64,000 nucleotides of DNA, taken from positions 42,782,001 to 42,846,000 of the forward strand of contig CM052816.1 in assembly GCA_028534125.1 (NCBI GenBank), given 5' to 3'. The first letter of the stretch is position 1. Every line of letters starts with the position of its first letter. Source of the DNA: Lama glama (lineage: Eukaryota). The position numbers and the translations under genes were made by a program. Of the stretch, positions 24,690 to 35,275 are shown one piece after another. Below the pieces are notes generated by a model that had not been told where the DNA came from, did no database searches, and was given only the letters and a program-made list of their open reading frames with translations.

Positions 24690-27310
24690 AATATTAACAG
24701 ACCTAAAGGGAGAAATAGACAGCAGTACAATAACACTAGAGGACTTCAATATCCTATTTTGAACAGTAGATAGATTTCCAGACAGAAAATAAGAAAACAC
24801 TGGACCAAACTTCATGTTAGACCAGATAGACTTAACAGGCATTTTCAGAACATTCCATCCAAAAGCAGCAGACTGTACAGTTTTCTCAAGTGCATATGGA
24901 ACATTCTCCAGGAAGATCATATGTTAGGCCACAAAACAAGTCTTAATAAATGTAAGAAGATTGCAATTATTTCAAGCATCTTTTCGAACCACAATGATAT
25001 GAAACTAGAAATCAATCACTAGAAGAAAACTGGAAAATTCAGAAATTTGTAGAGATTAAATAACATTAAATAACACAATGGGCCAAAGAAGAAATAAAAA
25101 AGAAAATCAAAAAATATCTTGAGACAAGTGAAAATGGAAATACAATATATCAAAACAAATGTCATGCAGAAAAAGCAGTTCTAAGAGAGAAGTTAATAGC
25201 TATAAATGGCTACATTAAGAAAAAAGAAATAGCTCAAAAAACAACCTAACTTTACATCTGGAGGAACTAGAGAAAAGAAGAACAAAGTCCAAAGTTAGTA
25301 GAAGAAAGGAAATAAAAAAGATCAGAGTGGGAATAAATGAAGTAGAGACTAAAAAGACAACAGAAGACATCAATAAAACTAAGAGTTGTTTTTTAAATAA
25401 TAAAATGGACAAATTCTTGGCTAGACTTTCCAAGAAAAAAAGAGAGGACTCAAATAAAGTTAGAAATTGAAGAGGAGATGTTACAACTGATACCACAGAA
25501 ACTTAAAGGATGATAAGAGACTACTGTGAACAATTACACCAACAAACTGGACAAATGGATAAATACCTAGAAATACAACCTACCAAGATTGAATCTTGAA
25601 GAAATAGAAAGTTTGAACAGACCAATTATTAGTAAGGAGATTGGATCAGTAGTCAGAAATCTCACAAAAAGAAATATCCATGACCAGATGGCTTCACTTG
25701 TGAATTCTATAAGACATTAAAAGCAGAATTAAAACCAATCCTTCTCAATCTCTTGCAAAAAATAGAAGATGAGGAAACACTTCCAAAGTCATTTTATGAG
25801 GTCAACATTACCCTGATACCAAAATGAGACAAGGACATTACAAGAAAAAAAATTACAGGCCAAGATCCTTGATAAGCATAGATAGAAAAACTCTCAACAA
25901 AATATTAGTAGACTTAATTTAACAATACACTGAAAGAATCATACATCATGATCAATTGAGACTTATTCCAGGGATGCAAAGATGGTTCAGGATCTGCATA
26001 TCAGTCCATGTGATATACCACATTAGCAAAATGAAGGACAAAAATATATGATCATCTCAATAGATACAGAAAAAGCATTTGACAAAATTTAACATCCATT
26101 CATAATAAAAACTCTTGACAAACTGGGTATAGAAGTAATATATACAAGTCTACAGCTAATATCATGGTCAATCGTAAAAAGCTAAAAGCTTTTCCTCTAA
26201 GATCAGCAACAAGACAAGGGTGCCCACTCTCACCACTCTTATTCAATATACTAATAGAAGTCCTAGCCTGAGTAGTAGGCAAGAAAAAGAAATAAAAGGC
26301 ATCCAAATCAGAAAAGAAGAAGTAAAATTGTCCCAATTTGCAGAGACATGGTATTATATATAGAACATCATAAAGATGTCACCAAAAAGCTGTTCAAACT
26401 AATCAATACATTCAGTTAAGTTGCAGGATATAAAATCAATATACAAAAATGAGCGGCATTTCTATATACTAAAGATGAACTATCAGAAAAAGGAATTACC
26501 AAAAAGTCTACAATTGCATCAAAAAGGGTAAAATACCTCGGAATAAATTTAACCAGGAAGGTGAAAGATCTGTACACTAAAAATTTTAGGACACTGATGA
26601 CAGAAATTGAAGAAGACACAAGTAAATGAAAAATAGAAAGCAAAGATGGGGAACTAGTCAGTGGCAGAGGTCTGATTACTTAGGTGTAGTAATCTAGAAT
26701 GTTGACTGAGACTCAGTGAAATATGTAATGAAGAGATACTGCATCTTAGTGTATTTGCTGTGTCTTGTCTGATTTGGCACCTTGTCTGCCTGTGTGCCTC
26801 TATACCTCAGTAGAAGCCTCCCTTCAGGGAGCCTCCTCTGGCTTGTTCAGATGGAGTTTGGAGTCAGGTACTTTTTTCACCTCAGAACTCCATACCTGTT
26901 TTCACTACATTGTTATAATTATTTCCCTAAAAGTCTGTTTCAAATTATGAAAACCTGGTCATCAGGAAGATAGCAGGTCCTTTTTGATTGCTGGTTGAAG
27001 ATGGCGTTTATCATTTGTTCAGCAGTTATGTTGGTGTTGGGGTCACAAAAGTTAACAAGGCCCCAGTGTTTGGAACTTAGCTTCAGTAGTTACCTCACTG
27101 TTGTTGGTTTTTTGGGAGGTGCCATTATGGGATAGGATAGAGCTTGTGCTGTATCATTGGTTAGATTGCTGGCAGTGTTATGTGGATGCATGTAAGCCTA
27201 ATTTGACTGTTCAACTCATGGGACTGTTCTTGTTTTCTCTAGAATATTTTGTATACCTTAAACTAATACAATTTTATATGTCAGTTATACCTCAGTAAAA
27301 CTAGAAAAAG
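24690..27310 (+). mobile_element. Degenerate L1: ORF2 EN/RT portion (24690-26633) + non-L1 insert (26634-27260) + L1 3' terminus (about 27249-27310)
   Basis: ORF2 motifs (gaggacttcaat, ccagatggcttcact, gaaaaagcatttgacaaaat, acaagacaagggtgcccactctcacc); terminal ttatatgtcagttatacctcagtaaaactagaaaaa. Confidence 0.85.
26634..27260 (+). repeat. Dispersed direct duplicate (copy A) of 43273-43886
   Basis: Collinear alignment by eye; exact block of at least 42 nt, 26901-26942 = 43527-43568. Confidence 0.93.
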
Positions 27311-28708
27311 TCCTTTTCCATTTCCCTTTTCTGTGTATACACATAGTAGGACTGAATCCTTTTCTCATCTAACAAAATGCTTTCTTATGACAAGTGGAAA
27401 GGGGGGGTTACCTGAGTTTGAATCCCAATGATGCTAGTTACTGAGTGACATTTGTTAAGTTATTTAACCTTTCAGTACTTTAGTTTTCAACTGCAAAATG
27501 GGGATAAGAACAGTATCTACTTTATGGCAATACGAGGATTACATAAATAAAGACACTTAGAATACTGCCAGGTACACAGTAAGAAAGCAATAAATGCTAG
27601 TTTGTATTACTATTATTCCTTCTCTTTGTTCAAACTCTACAAAATATGCCTCTTTCAGGAATAGTATCACCTAACATTTTTGAAAGCTTTTGGGTTCATT
27701 GAGCACTTTTAAATTCATTATTTCATTTGATACTGGGAAAACCCTGTGAGGAACACAGCACATATAGCATTCTATAGATAAGGAAACTGAGGGACTTGCT
27801 TGACATGGTCCATTGAGTCATCACCTCACCCTAGTCCACTGCTTATTCCACTTGCTCGATAAAGAATAAAAAATTACGAGAAGTGTTTTTTTTTTAAATA
27901 TACCTGGTCTTGATCACTGAAATATCACTTACAGTAGAAGTTAGGTTTCCTTTAATTATTGGTGATTATACAGTTAATGGTGCTGAAAATGTTGGTGAAA
28001 GAACTTGAGATTCAAATCACAGAGAATATGATGTGAGGAACTGATGGATAAAAGAAAATTGTTGGGTGCTATTTATGGGTTCCAAAGCAAACAATCATAA
28101 ATTAGAGGAAAAAGCAAACTGTCGAAGAACAGAATTTATAAAAATGTCAGTTTTCTCCCTATTTTTCAGTTAGTCGTGGCTTAATATTATGGACATTTTG
28201 CCACTAAAACTATGCCTATAATAAACGTGAACAATTGGATTTGGGATAGAAGTAAATTGAGACTGAAGAGAGAGAGAGAAGGTATGTAATCTGAAATAAT
28301 ACAGAAAAATCCAGAAACCTGATGTATGAGAAGTTCTAATTATTTTGCGATATACTCTGAAGTCCCCTCCCAACTCCCTGTCTCTTACTGAAAAATTTCC
28401 TTGGAAATAGAACTCTTCTTGGAAATATGAGCATTTCCTAATTTGCCTGGATAGTCAAAAGATTCTTAGTCACCCATCATAAGGAAATGAAACAGTAACA
28501 CATGAACTAAACACCATTTTAAGTGATAAAATTGCTACTCTTAAACTCTAGTACTCAATACAAACTAACAACACACACTACATATATTAAAATCTTTTTT
28601 ATTAGACGCCAAATATGACTTACTATGCTACATGGGAGTATAATCTTTTAAACTGTGAAAACATTTTCCACGTGGGGCTACTTCCAATAATATTAAGCAT
28701 GTTCATAC

Positions 28709-28838
28709 CTGCGCGTGATGGGCAACAAATTGGAGAGTTTGTATAGGCATTCAGAAAGGATGTGCCATGTGCTTTCATGAAGTTGATAAAAGGGAGTTTC
28801 ACTACCTGACTTCCTGGATAAAATGTTAGTCTTCCATC
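28709..28838 (-). CDS. ARSK: ARSK coding exon 2 (130 nt): DGRLTFYPGSQVVKLPFINFMKAHGTSFLNAYTNSPICCPSRA
   Basis: ttattccag acceptor, G|GTATGA donor; contains the catalytic formylglycine motif CxPSR. Confidence 0.97.
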
Positions 28839-29094
28839 CTGGAATAAAGAAATTTAATTAACATTGACTATATCACAAAAGAAGAAAATAATTTCCTTTG
28901 ATTTTAACCACAAAAGACTTCAGTATGATCCTAAGAATCCTTGAAAGTGAAAAAGTATAGAAAGTGTTATTAGTCTCTGGTTCATAATATTGCGAATTCA
29001 ATGTAGTGTGACACTTGGATTCATTTCAATATAGTAAATAAATGAAAGGATCTCCTGGAAAGTTCCTTTTGGGGGATGATGGACTGATCGAACC

Positions 29095-29820
29095 AATGTT
29101 TACTGAGTATTTGGTATCTGCAGGCACATGTGAAAGATCTGAGATAAAATGGTGAATAAAAACGGAATCCCTGGCCTCATGAAATTTACAGCCTCATTGC
29201 AGAGGCAAAAAAAAAAATCCTGATAAATGAACAATGGATAATTACAGCTTACTGGATATGTGCTTTGAAAAAAACCTAAGATACAGAATAACAAGGGACA
29301 TCTACTTTGATAGAGTGAACAGGGAAGGTTTCTCTTGGAAATGAGACCTAAAGAATGAGAAGGTTCCAGGCAAGCAAATAATTTAAGGGAGATACAAAGT
29401 TAGAGATACTTGCAGGACATAAGTGGAGATAACAGTTAGGCAGCTAGATAAATGAGCCTGAAGATCAGAAGAGATGTTTGGGTTGGAGATATGCATTTTG
29501 GAATTGAATTAGAAATTGAAGAATTCTCCTTGTGAAAGAACAGAAAGAGAAAAGAGAATGGTCTAGTCCTGGAGTTACAGCTATTATATGTATTCAATGT
29601 AATTGTAAATAAAGTACAGTTTAAAAATTGAGCCAATCCCAAATGCGGGATATACATAAACCTTTGAGATGTCTGAGATTTCCAAATGGATATACAAAGT
29701 AGGCTGCTGAATACAGAGAGGAATCTGGAGCTCAGGGAAGTCTATCCTGGTGAAATAAGTGTTTAACATATTCATGATATCAAAAACTGTAAGATTGAAT
29801 GAAACCATTTAGGGAGACAG
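29095..29820 (-). mobile_element. L2 LINE fragments
   Basis: tttactgagtat...ccctggcctcatgaaatttaca...agggaaggtttctct...ggagatatgcattttgga pattern; boundaries approximate. Confidence 0.6.
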
Positions 29821-30354
29821 TAAAAAGAGAGGGCATTTAAAAAATAAAAAGAGGCCCACTAATTGGCTTTATGTATAAAAGTGACCAAAATGACACCAAG
29901 TGCCTTAATTCCTGCATTCTGCTATTATTCTAGACTCTCATTGGTCCAGGCATTTTCCTCTTGGGCTGGATGAGCCTTTGGGTAGATATGGTTCTGTGAT
30001 CTGGATTGCTCCTTCTAGAACCATGACTTGGTAGTCAGTTCCTCATCCTTCTGGGACAGGGAAAACGAGTGAAATTTCGAGACATCATTCTGATGAAAGA
30101 ATGTTAACAGTAACTTTAACTGTCTGATCTATTATCACAGCAAAACTGTTCGGAGGATTCTTCTCAGATCTGTCCATCAGACTGAATGAGATCCTCGCTA
30201 GATTCTGTGGTATACAGCTTGAGCCCACCTCCCACTCCTGAAACCTCACCAAAACTATAAAAAGTGCAGATGCAGGGGTGGAAGAGGGGAGGCAGAGAAG
30301 ATGCTTATGCCCCTTAAGACCTAGGCAGAGGTGCTTATTTTCTCTTTTCAAAAC

Positions 30355-32550
30355 TGGGTTTATTAAGATATAATTCAGATATCATACAACTAACCCATTT
30401 AATGTGTACAATTCAATGGTTTTCAGTATATTCAGAGAGTTGTGCAACCATCACCACAATCGATTTTAGAACATTCTCATCCTCTCCCAAAGAAACCTTG
30501 TATTCCTTAGCCATCACTCACTGCTCCTCCCATTCCCCCAGACCCTAGGCAATTGCTGATCTTTCTGTCTCTACTTTCTGTCTCTATATATTTGCTTTCT
30601 CTGAACATTTCTTTTAAATGGACTTATATAACATGTGGTCCTTTGTGAGTAGCTAGCTCCTTTCACTTAGCATAATGACTTCTAGGTTCATAATACATTT
30701 CAGCATGTATCAGTACTGCATTTATTTTTATTGTTGAATAATATTACTGAATTTTATTTATCCATGTATCAGTTGATGGATATTTGGGTTGTTTCCACTT
30801 TTTGTTTTTTTGGCAGTATTAACATTCATGTACAAGTTTTTGTGTGGCCACAGGTTTTCATTTCTCTTGGATATATACCTCAAAGTGAAATTGCTGGATC
30901 ATATGGTAACTCATGTTTAACATTTCAGGAATTGCTAAGCTGTTTTCCAAAGTGGCTGCACCATTTTACATTCCCTTGAGTAGTGTATAAGTGTTGCAAT
31001 TCTCCTATATTCTTGCTGACTCTAGTTATTGTGTCTCTTTTATTATAGCCATCTTAGTGGGTGTGAACTGGTGTCTCATTGTGGTTTTGATTTGCATTTC
31101 CCTAATGATGAATGATGTTGAGTATCTTTTCATGTGCTTATTGGCCATTTATGTATCTTCTTTGAAGAACCATCTATTCAGATCTCTTGCCCATTTTTTA
31201 AATTGCCTAATCCAAGGTCACAAAGATTTGTACCTATGTTTTCTTCTAAGAATTATATAGTTTTAGCTTTTATGTTTGATTTATTGATTCATTTTGTTAC
31301 TTTTTGAAAATGGTGTGAGGCATTTTGCATATGGATAGTCAGTTTTCCCAGTGCTATTTGTTGAAAAGTCTATTCTTCCCTATTAAATGGTCTTTGCACC
31401 CTTATTGAAAAATCATTGACTATAAATGTGAGTTTATTTCTCTACTTTTAATTCTATTCCACTGATTTCTATGTCTGTCTGTACCTACGCCAGTAACACA
31501 CTTTCTTGATTACTGTAGTTTGTGGTAACTTTCAAAATTAGGAAGTGCAAGTCCTCCAATTTTGTTCTTCTTTTACAAGATTTTCTTGGGTATTCTGGGT
31601 CCCTTGAATTTCCATATTAATTTTAGGATGGGTTTTTCTACTTCTGCAAAACCGTCATAGGGATTTTTATAGAGATTGCATTGAATCTGTAGATCAATTT
31701 GGTGATTATTACTATATTAACAATATTAAATCTGATTCATAAGTGTAAATTATTTATTTAGATGTTCTTTAATTTCTTTCAACAATGTTTTGGAGTTTTC
31801 AGAGTATAAGAATTGAACTTCGTTGGTTAGATTTATTCCTACGTATTTCATTTTTTGATGCTATTTTAAATAGAATTGTTCATTTTACTTTCCATTTTTT
31901 CAGTAAACAAATGTATAAAAATACAATTGCTTTTTGTGATCTTTTATCCTACAGCCTTGCTAGACTAACTTACTAGTTCTAAAAGTTTTGTAGTGGATTC
32001 CCTACAATTTTCTTTATATAAAATTATGTTATCTGCAAATAGAGATACTTTTACTTTTTCCTTTCCAACCTAGGTGACTTTTATTTCATTTTCTTGTCTA
32101 ATTCTCTGGCAAGAACCTCCAGCACAACTGCTGGACAGACACAGTGAGATCAGATAGCCCTGTCTTGTTCCTGATCTGTAGGAGAAAACATTCAGTCCTT
32201 TATTGTTAAGCATAACATTAGCTCTGGCTTTTTTGCAGATGTTCTTTATCAGTTTGAAGAAATTCTCTTCTATTTCTACTTTGCTGAGTGCTTTTATCAT
32301 GAACGGTTACTGAATTCTGTTAAATGTTCTTTTTGCATCTATTGAAATGATCATGTATTTTTTGCCCTTTATTTAATGGATGTGTGGTGTATCACATCGG
32401 CTGATTTTCAAATATTAAGCCCAGCTTACATTTGAGGGTAAATCACACTTAGTTATGGTGTATAATCCTTTCTATATATTACTGAATTTGATTTGCTAGT
32501 TATTTTTTCAGGATCTGTTCCTCTATATCTATAAGAGATATTAGTCTGCA
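30355..32550 (-). mobile_element. Old L1 (L1MB-like) 3'UTR + ORF2 fragments in ARSK intron 1
   Basis: gtgtacaattcaatggttttcagtatattc...gttgtgcaaccatcaccac 3' end; antisense ORF2 remnants (ctcattgtggttttgatttgcatttcccta). Confidence 0.85.
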
Positions 32551-32654
32551 TAGAATATTTATGTATTTATATACACAAATATATAAAATATGTGTTCATA
32601 CCATACCAAAAAAATAAACCAAATATTTCAGTCATCTTTGGAAGTTTCTAGGAG

Positions 32655-32960
32655 TTGTGATGCAGCACCCAGATTCTCTTTTAGGAATGAAAGTTGCCTC
32701 TGCTGAAGAGTTGCCTTGCCCAAGGTGACGCCCCATCCTGGGAACTTTCCACAAATAATGGCCATCCAACATGAGGGTACAAAGGCCTGGCCCCTTCATC
32801 CCAAGTGTAAACAGTTCTGAAGCATCATTCCAATTTGACAACTACCTATAAGACCAGCTGAGGCCTCCAATGAGATAATGACAAAACTTGACTTCTCTCT
32901 GCAAAATCCTGCTTCCTTCCTTTCCCTTTGATCTCAGGAGCACTCCCTAATAAACCTCTT
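32655..32960 (+). mobile_element. LTR16-like ERVL LTR fragment
   Basis: ccttgcccaagg...aaaggcctggcccctt...cctgcttcctt...gagcactccctaataaac pattern. Confidence 0.6.
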
Positions 32961-33699
32961 TCTTGTTACTCTCCAATATTGCCTGGTCTCTAAGTTTAGT
33001 TAATCATAAAGATTACTTTAAGTAATATTCTTAACAAATCTATGGGTATTTCCAGATTATGTAATTTTAATCATCATTGGGTTAATCTATGAGGAAGACA
33101 ATACAACATAATGATTAAAAGCACTCTTTGGTGCCAGACATGCTTAACACCAACAATCTGTGTGACCACAGTAACATCCAGTCATAATAAATTAATATTA
33201 TAATTAGTATCCAAACATTCATTCAAGCAGTAGTTTTAATATTATGGATAATACTAAAAGTATCAGGTAATGTTGATAGTAGTATTCTGTTTAGTTTTTG
33301 GCTTGGGAAAGTTCCAAAAACTGTTCAAATTTGAGATTAAACACGAACACACATAGACACAGTTTATCTGGAATATGGGCAAGTTGATCAAATTATACTA
33401 ACTAATGAATATAAATCAGCACTAACAGGATTATCAGATACCCTGGTAATAAAAAGAACAGTGACCAATAGAAAGCTAATAGGCTTTTATATTGATACAC
33501 AATGTTATTTTACCCCCACAATCGAATCGACTGAAAGTTTATTAGTAAGATAATTTAGTTGGGCGAGGCCAGCAATTAAAGTAAATGTGCAGACACTAAT
33601 CGGAGTGCACCTTACTAAAGTATTGTTTTAAGTGTGTTATATGCGTTTCTACGTGGTGTACGTATGTGTGTACGGGGCCTCAAGACAAATTACAATTTT

Positions 33700-34700
33700 T
33701 ACTTTGCATCGGGGTAAAGCTTGTTTGAAAGCTCAGATTCTGCTCCCCAAAGCCTGCAGCACAGGAAGGGCTGAGGGCCGGTCGCGAGTGTGTAGCGGGG
33801 CATCCCCTCCCCTGCCTTTCGATACTTACGAAGGAATCGCTCACGACTAGCACCACGTTAGGCGCATCTGGCCAAGCTCCCCGCCTCTGCCCACCTGCCC
33901 CAGGAGCTGGTGCTGCCAGCGCCGAGGTTGCGACCACCGACACCCACAGCAGCAGCATCACCGGGATCCGTTCTGCGAGCCGGGCCGCTAGGCCCGCCCC
34001 CTCCCTCTAGGAACACCCTCCGGAGAAGAGGAGGGCGGGGATCGCACACACCGCAGTTTGGTTTCCTCAAAGCTCTTCACCCATGGAACTACAACTCCCA
34101 TTAGGCTCGGAGTGCGCACATGCGCACAGGAGGAATTCCTCTTCCTCAGCTCACAGTTAAGACCTTTTAATCAAATACCGAGCAAACTAAAACCCAGCTG
34201 CTTCCAGTCACGTGAGCGATGCCTGGGAAGTGCGCATGCGCTCTGACGCCAGACTTGGCGTTTGTAGAAGCATCTGTCCCAGGTGGGTGTTGGTCGCTGT
34301 CGCTTTTGCAGAAGTTGGAGCCGTTGTCATTTGAAATGGTACCTAGAGAGAGAAAGGGTCAGGGGCCGAGGCTGCTCGTTTTGCGCCAAGCAAGCGTGGC
34401 TGAGTGTTGGGGGAGTCCGTGAACTTGGCGATGATGAGGTGGCAGGGCGATTGTCGCTAAGTTGGATCGGGCTTTTCTTTGTAGGGCCTCCGGACCGCCT
34501 AAGGTGCGATGTGGATACTGTGTGGCCTCGCAAATACTTAACCCCCAGGGATATTTCTAGCCTGCCTTACCTTATTCCCCGCCTTGTCCGTGCAGTAAAG
34601 ATTTATTGTGCTTCGGTTGAGTGAGGAGCGGGGCCTAGTAAGAAAAGTTTCACCTTCTAGGTGGGAATAAGCTTAGGTGCACCTTGCCGCCAGAGTGCAA
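33700..34700. promoter_or_regulatory. CpG-island bidirectional promoter shared by ARSK (-) and SKIC3 (+)
   Basis: Only extended CpG-dense region in the window; GC box 33991-34000; ACTACAACTCCCA (ZNF143/THAP11-type) 34088-34100; GTGCGCACATGCGCAC 34112-34127 and TGCGCATGCGC 34231-34241 (NRF1-type); TCACGTGA 34208-34215; boundaries approximate. Confidence 0.9.
33830..33958 (-). CDS. ARSK: ARSK coding exon 1: signal peptide MLLLWVSVVATSALA...APNVVLVVSDSF
   Basis: ATG at 33958-33956, TTC|GTAAGT donor; hydrophobic leader followed by the PNVVLVVSDS sulfatase N-terminal strand. Confidence 0.96.
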
Positions 34701-34843
34701 AGGAGAGGCTGAGCGGGCTCTCACAGGAAGAAATGTTGGGCTGTGTGACGTGTTCTGTTAACTGACGTGGGTTCAGAATACCATTGTTTTGCTGCAATGG
34801 TTTTGAAAAATCACTGATCCTCTTGACTGTTGAACTCCTTTAG

Positions 34844-34909
34844 AGAAATCTGGAAGGAGCAGATTTCTGTGCCAGAGCCAAATTCTTGATTTCATTATCA
34901 TGGTTTCAG
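34844..34909 (+). other. SKIC3: Putative SKIC3 5'UTR exon (66 nt)
   Basis: ctcctttag acceptor and strong CAG|GTATGT donor downstream of the promoter; no transcript evidence available. Confidence 0.45.
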
Positions 34910-35049
34910 GTATGTAATTTGTGCATCACGTTAGTCGTTTTAGTATTTTGACAGGAAAAGGAGGATTTGTATTTATTTACATAAAATCAACTTTAAATAC
35001 TGATACCTGACGGGTTTTTTTTGCGTAATATAATTGTAATAAGGGACAG

Positions 35050-35275
35050 ACCTTATTTATTTAATACTCGCATGGGACTTACTATGTGCTGAGCATTATA
35101 CTAAGCATTTATTGAGCACCTACCGTGTGTCAGGTACTTACATGGAATATTTTCTGTAATCCTCACTTTCACCGTTTTTCAAATAGGAAAACTGAGGGTT
35201 AGACAGGTTAAATGACTTGTCCAAGGTTACACAGGAAGCCAGTCTGAGTATGACTTTAATTTGAGCCCTAACTCA
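35050..35275. mobile_element. MIR SINE remnant
   Basis: aaactgagg...ggttaaatgacttgtccaaggttacacag core; other MIRs at about 1870-2040, 3010-3190, 27410-27610 and 63110-63250. Confidence 0.7.

Noticed and set aside
24669..26643. Several hydrophobic minus-strand ORFs resembling membrane proteins
   Set aside because: Antisense reading of A-rich degenerate L1 ORF2; the same applies to the plus-strand ORFs at 30731-31976.
26765..27298. Short ORFs shared with 43351-44027, suggesting a duplicated micro-protein gene
   Set aside because: Frames are broken differently by indels in the two copies and most starts are non-ATG; DNA duplication alone explains the shared peptides.
33632..34624. Cluster of overlapping ORFs on both strands at the promoter
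   Set aside because: Expected from stop-codon scarcity in a GC-rich island; only ARSK exon 1 has recognisable homology.
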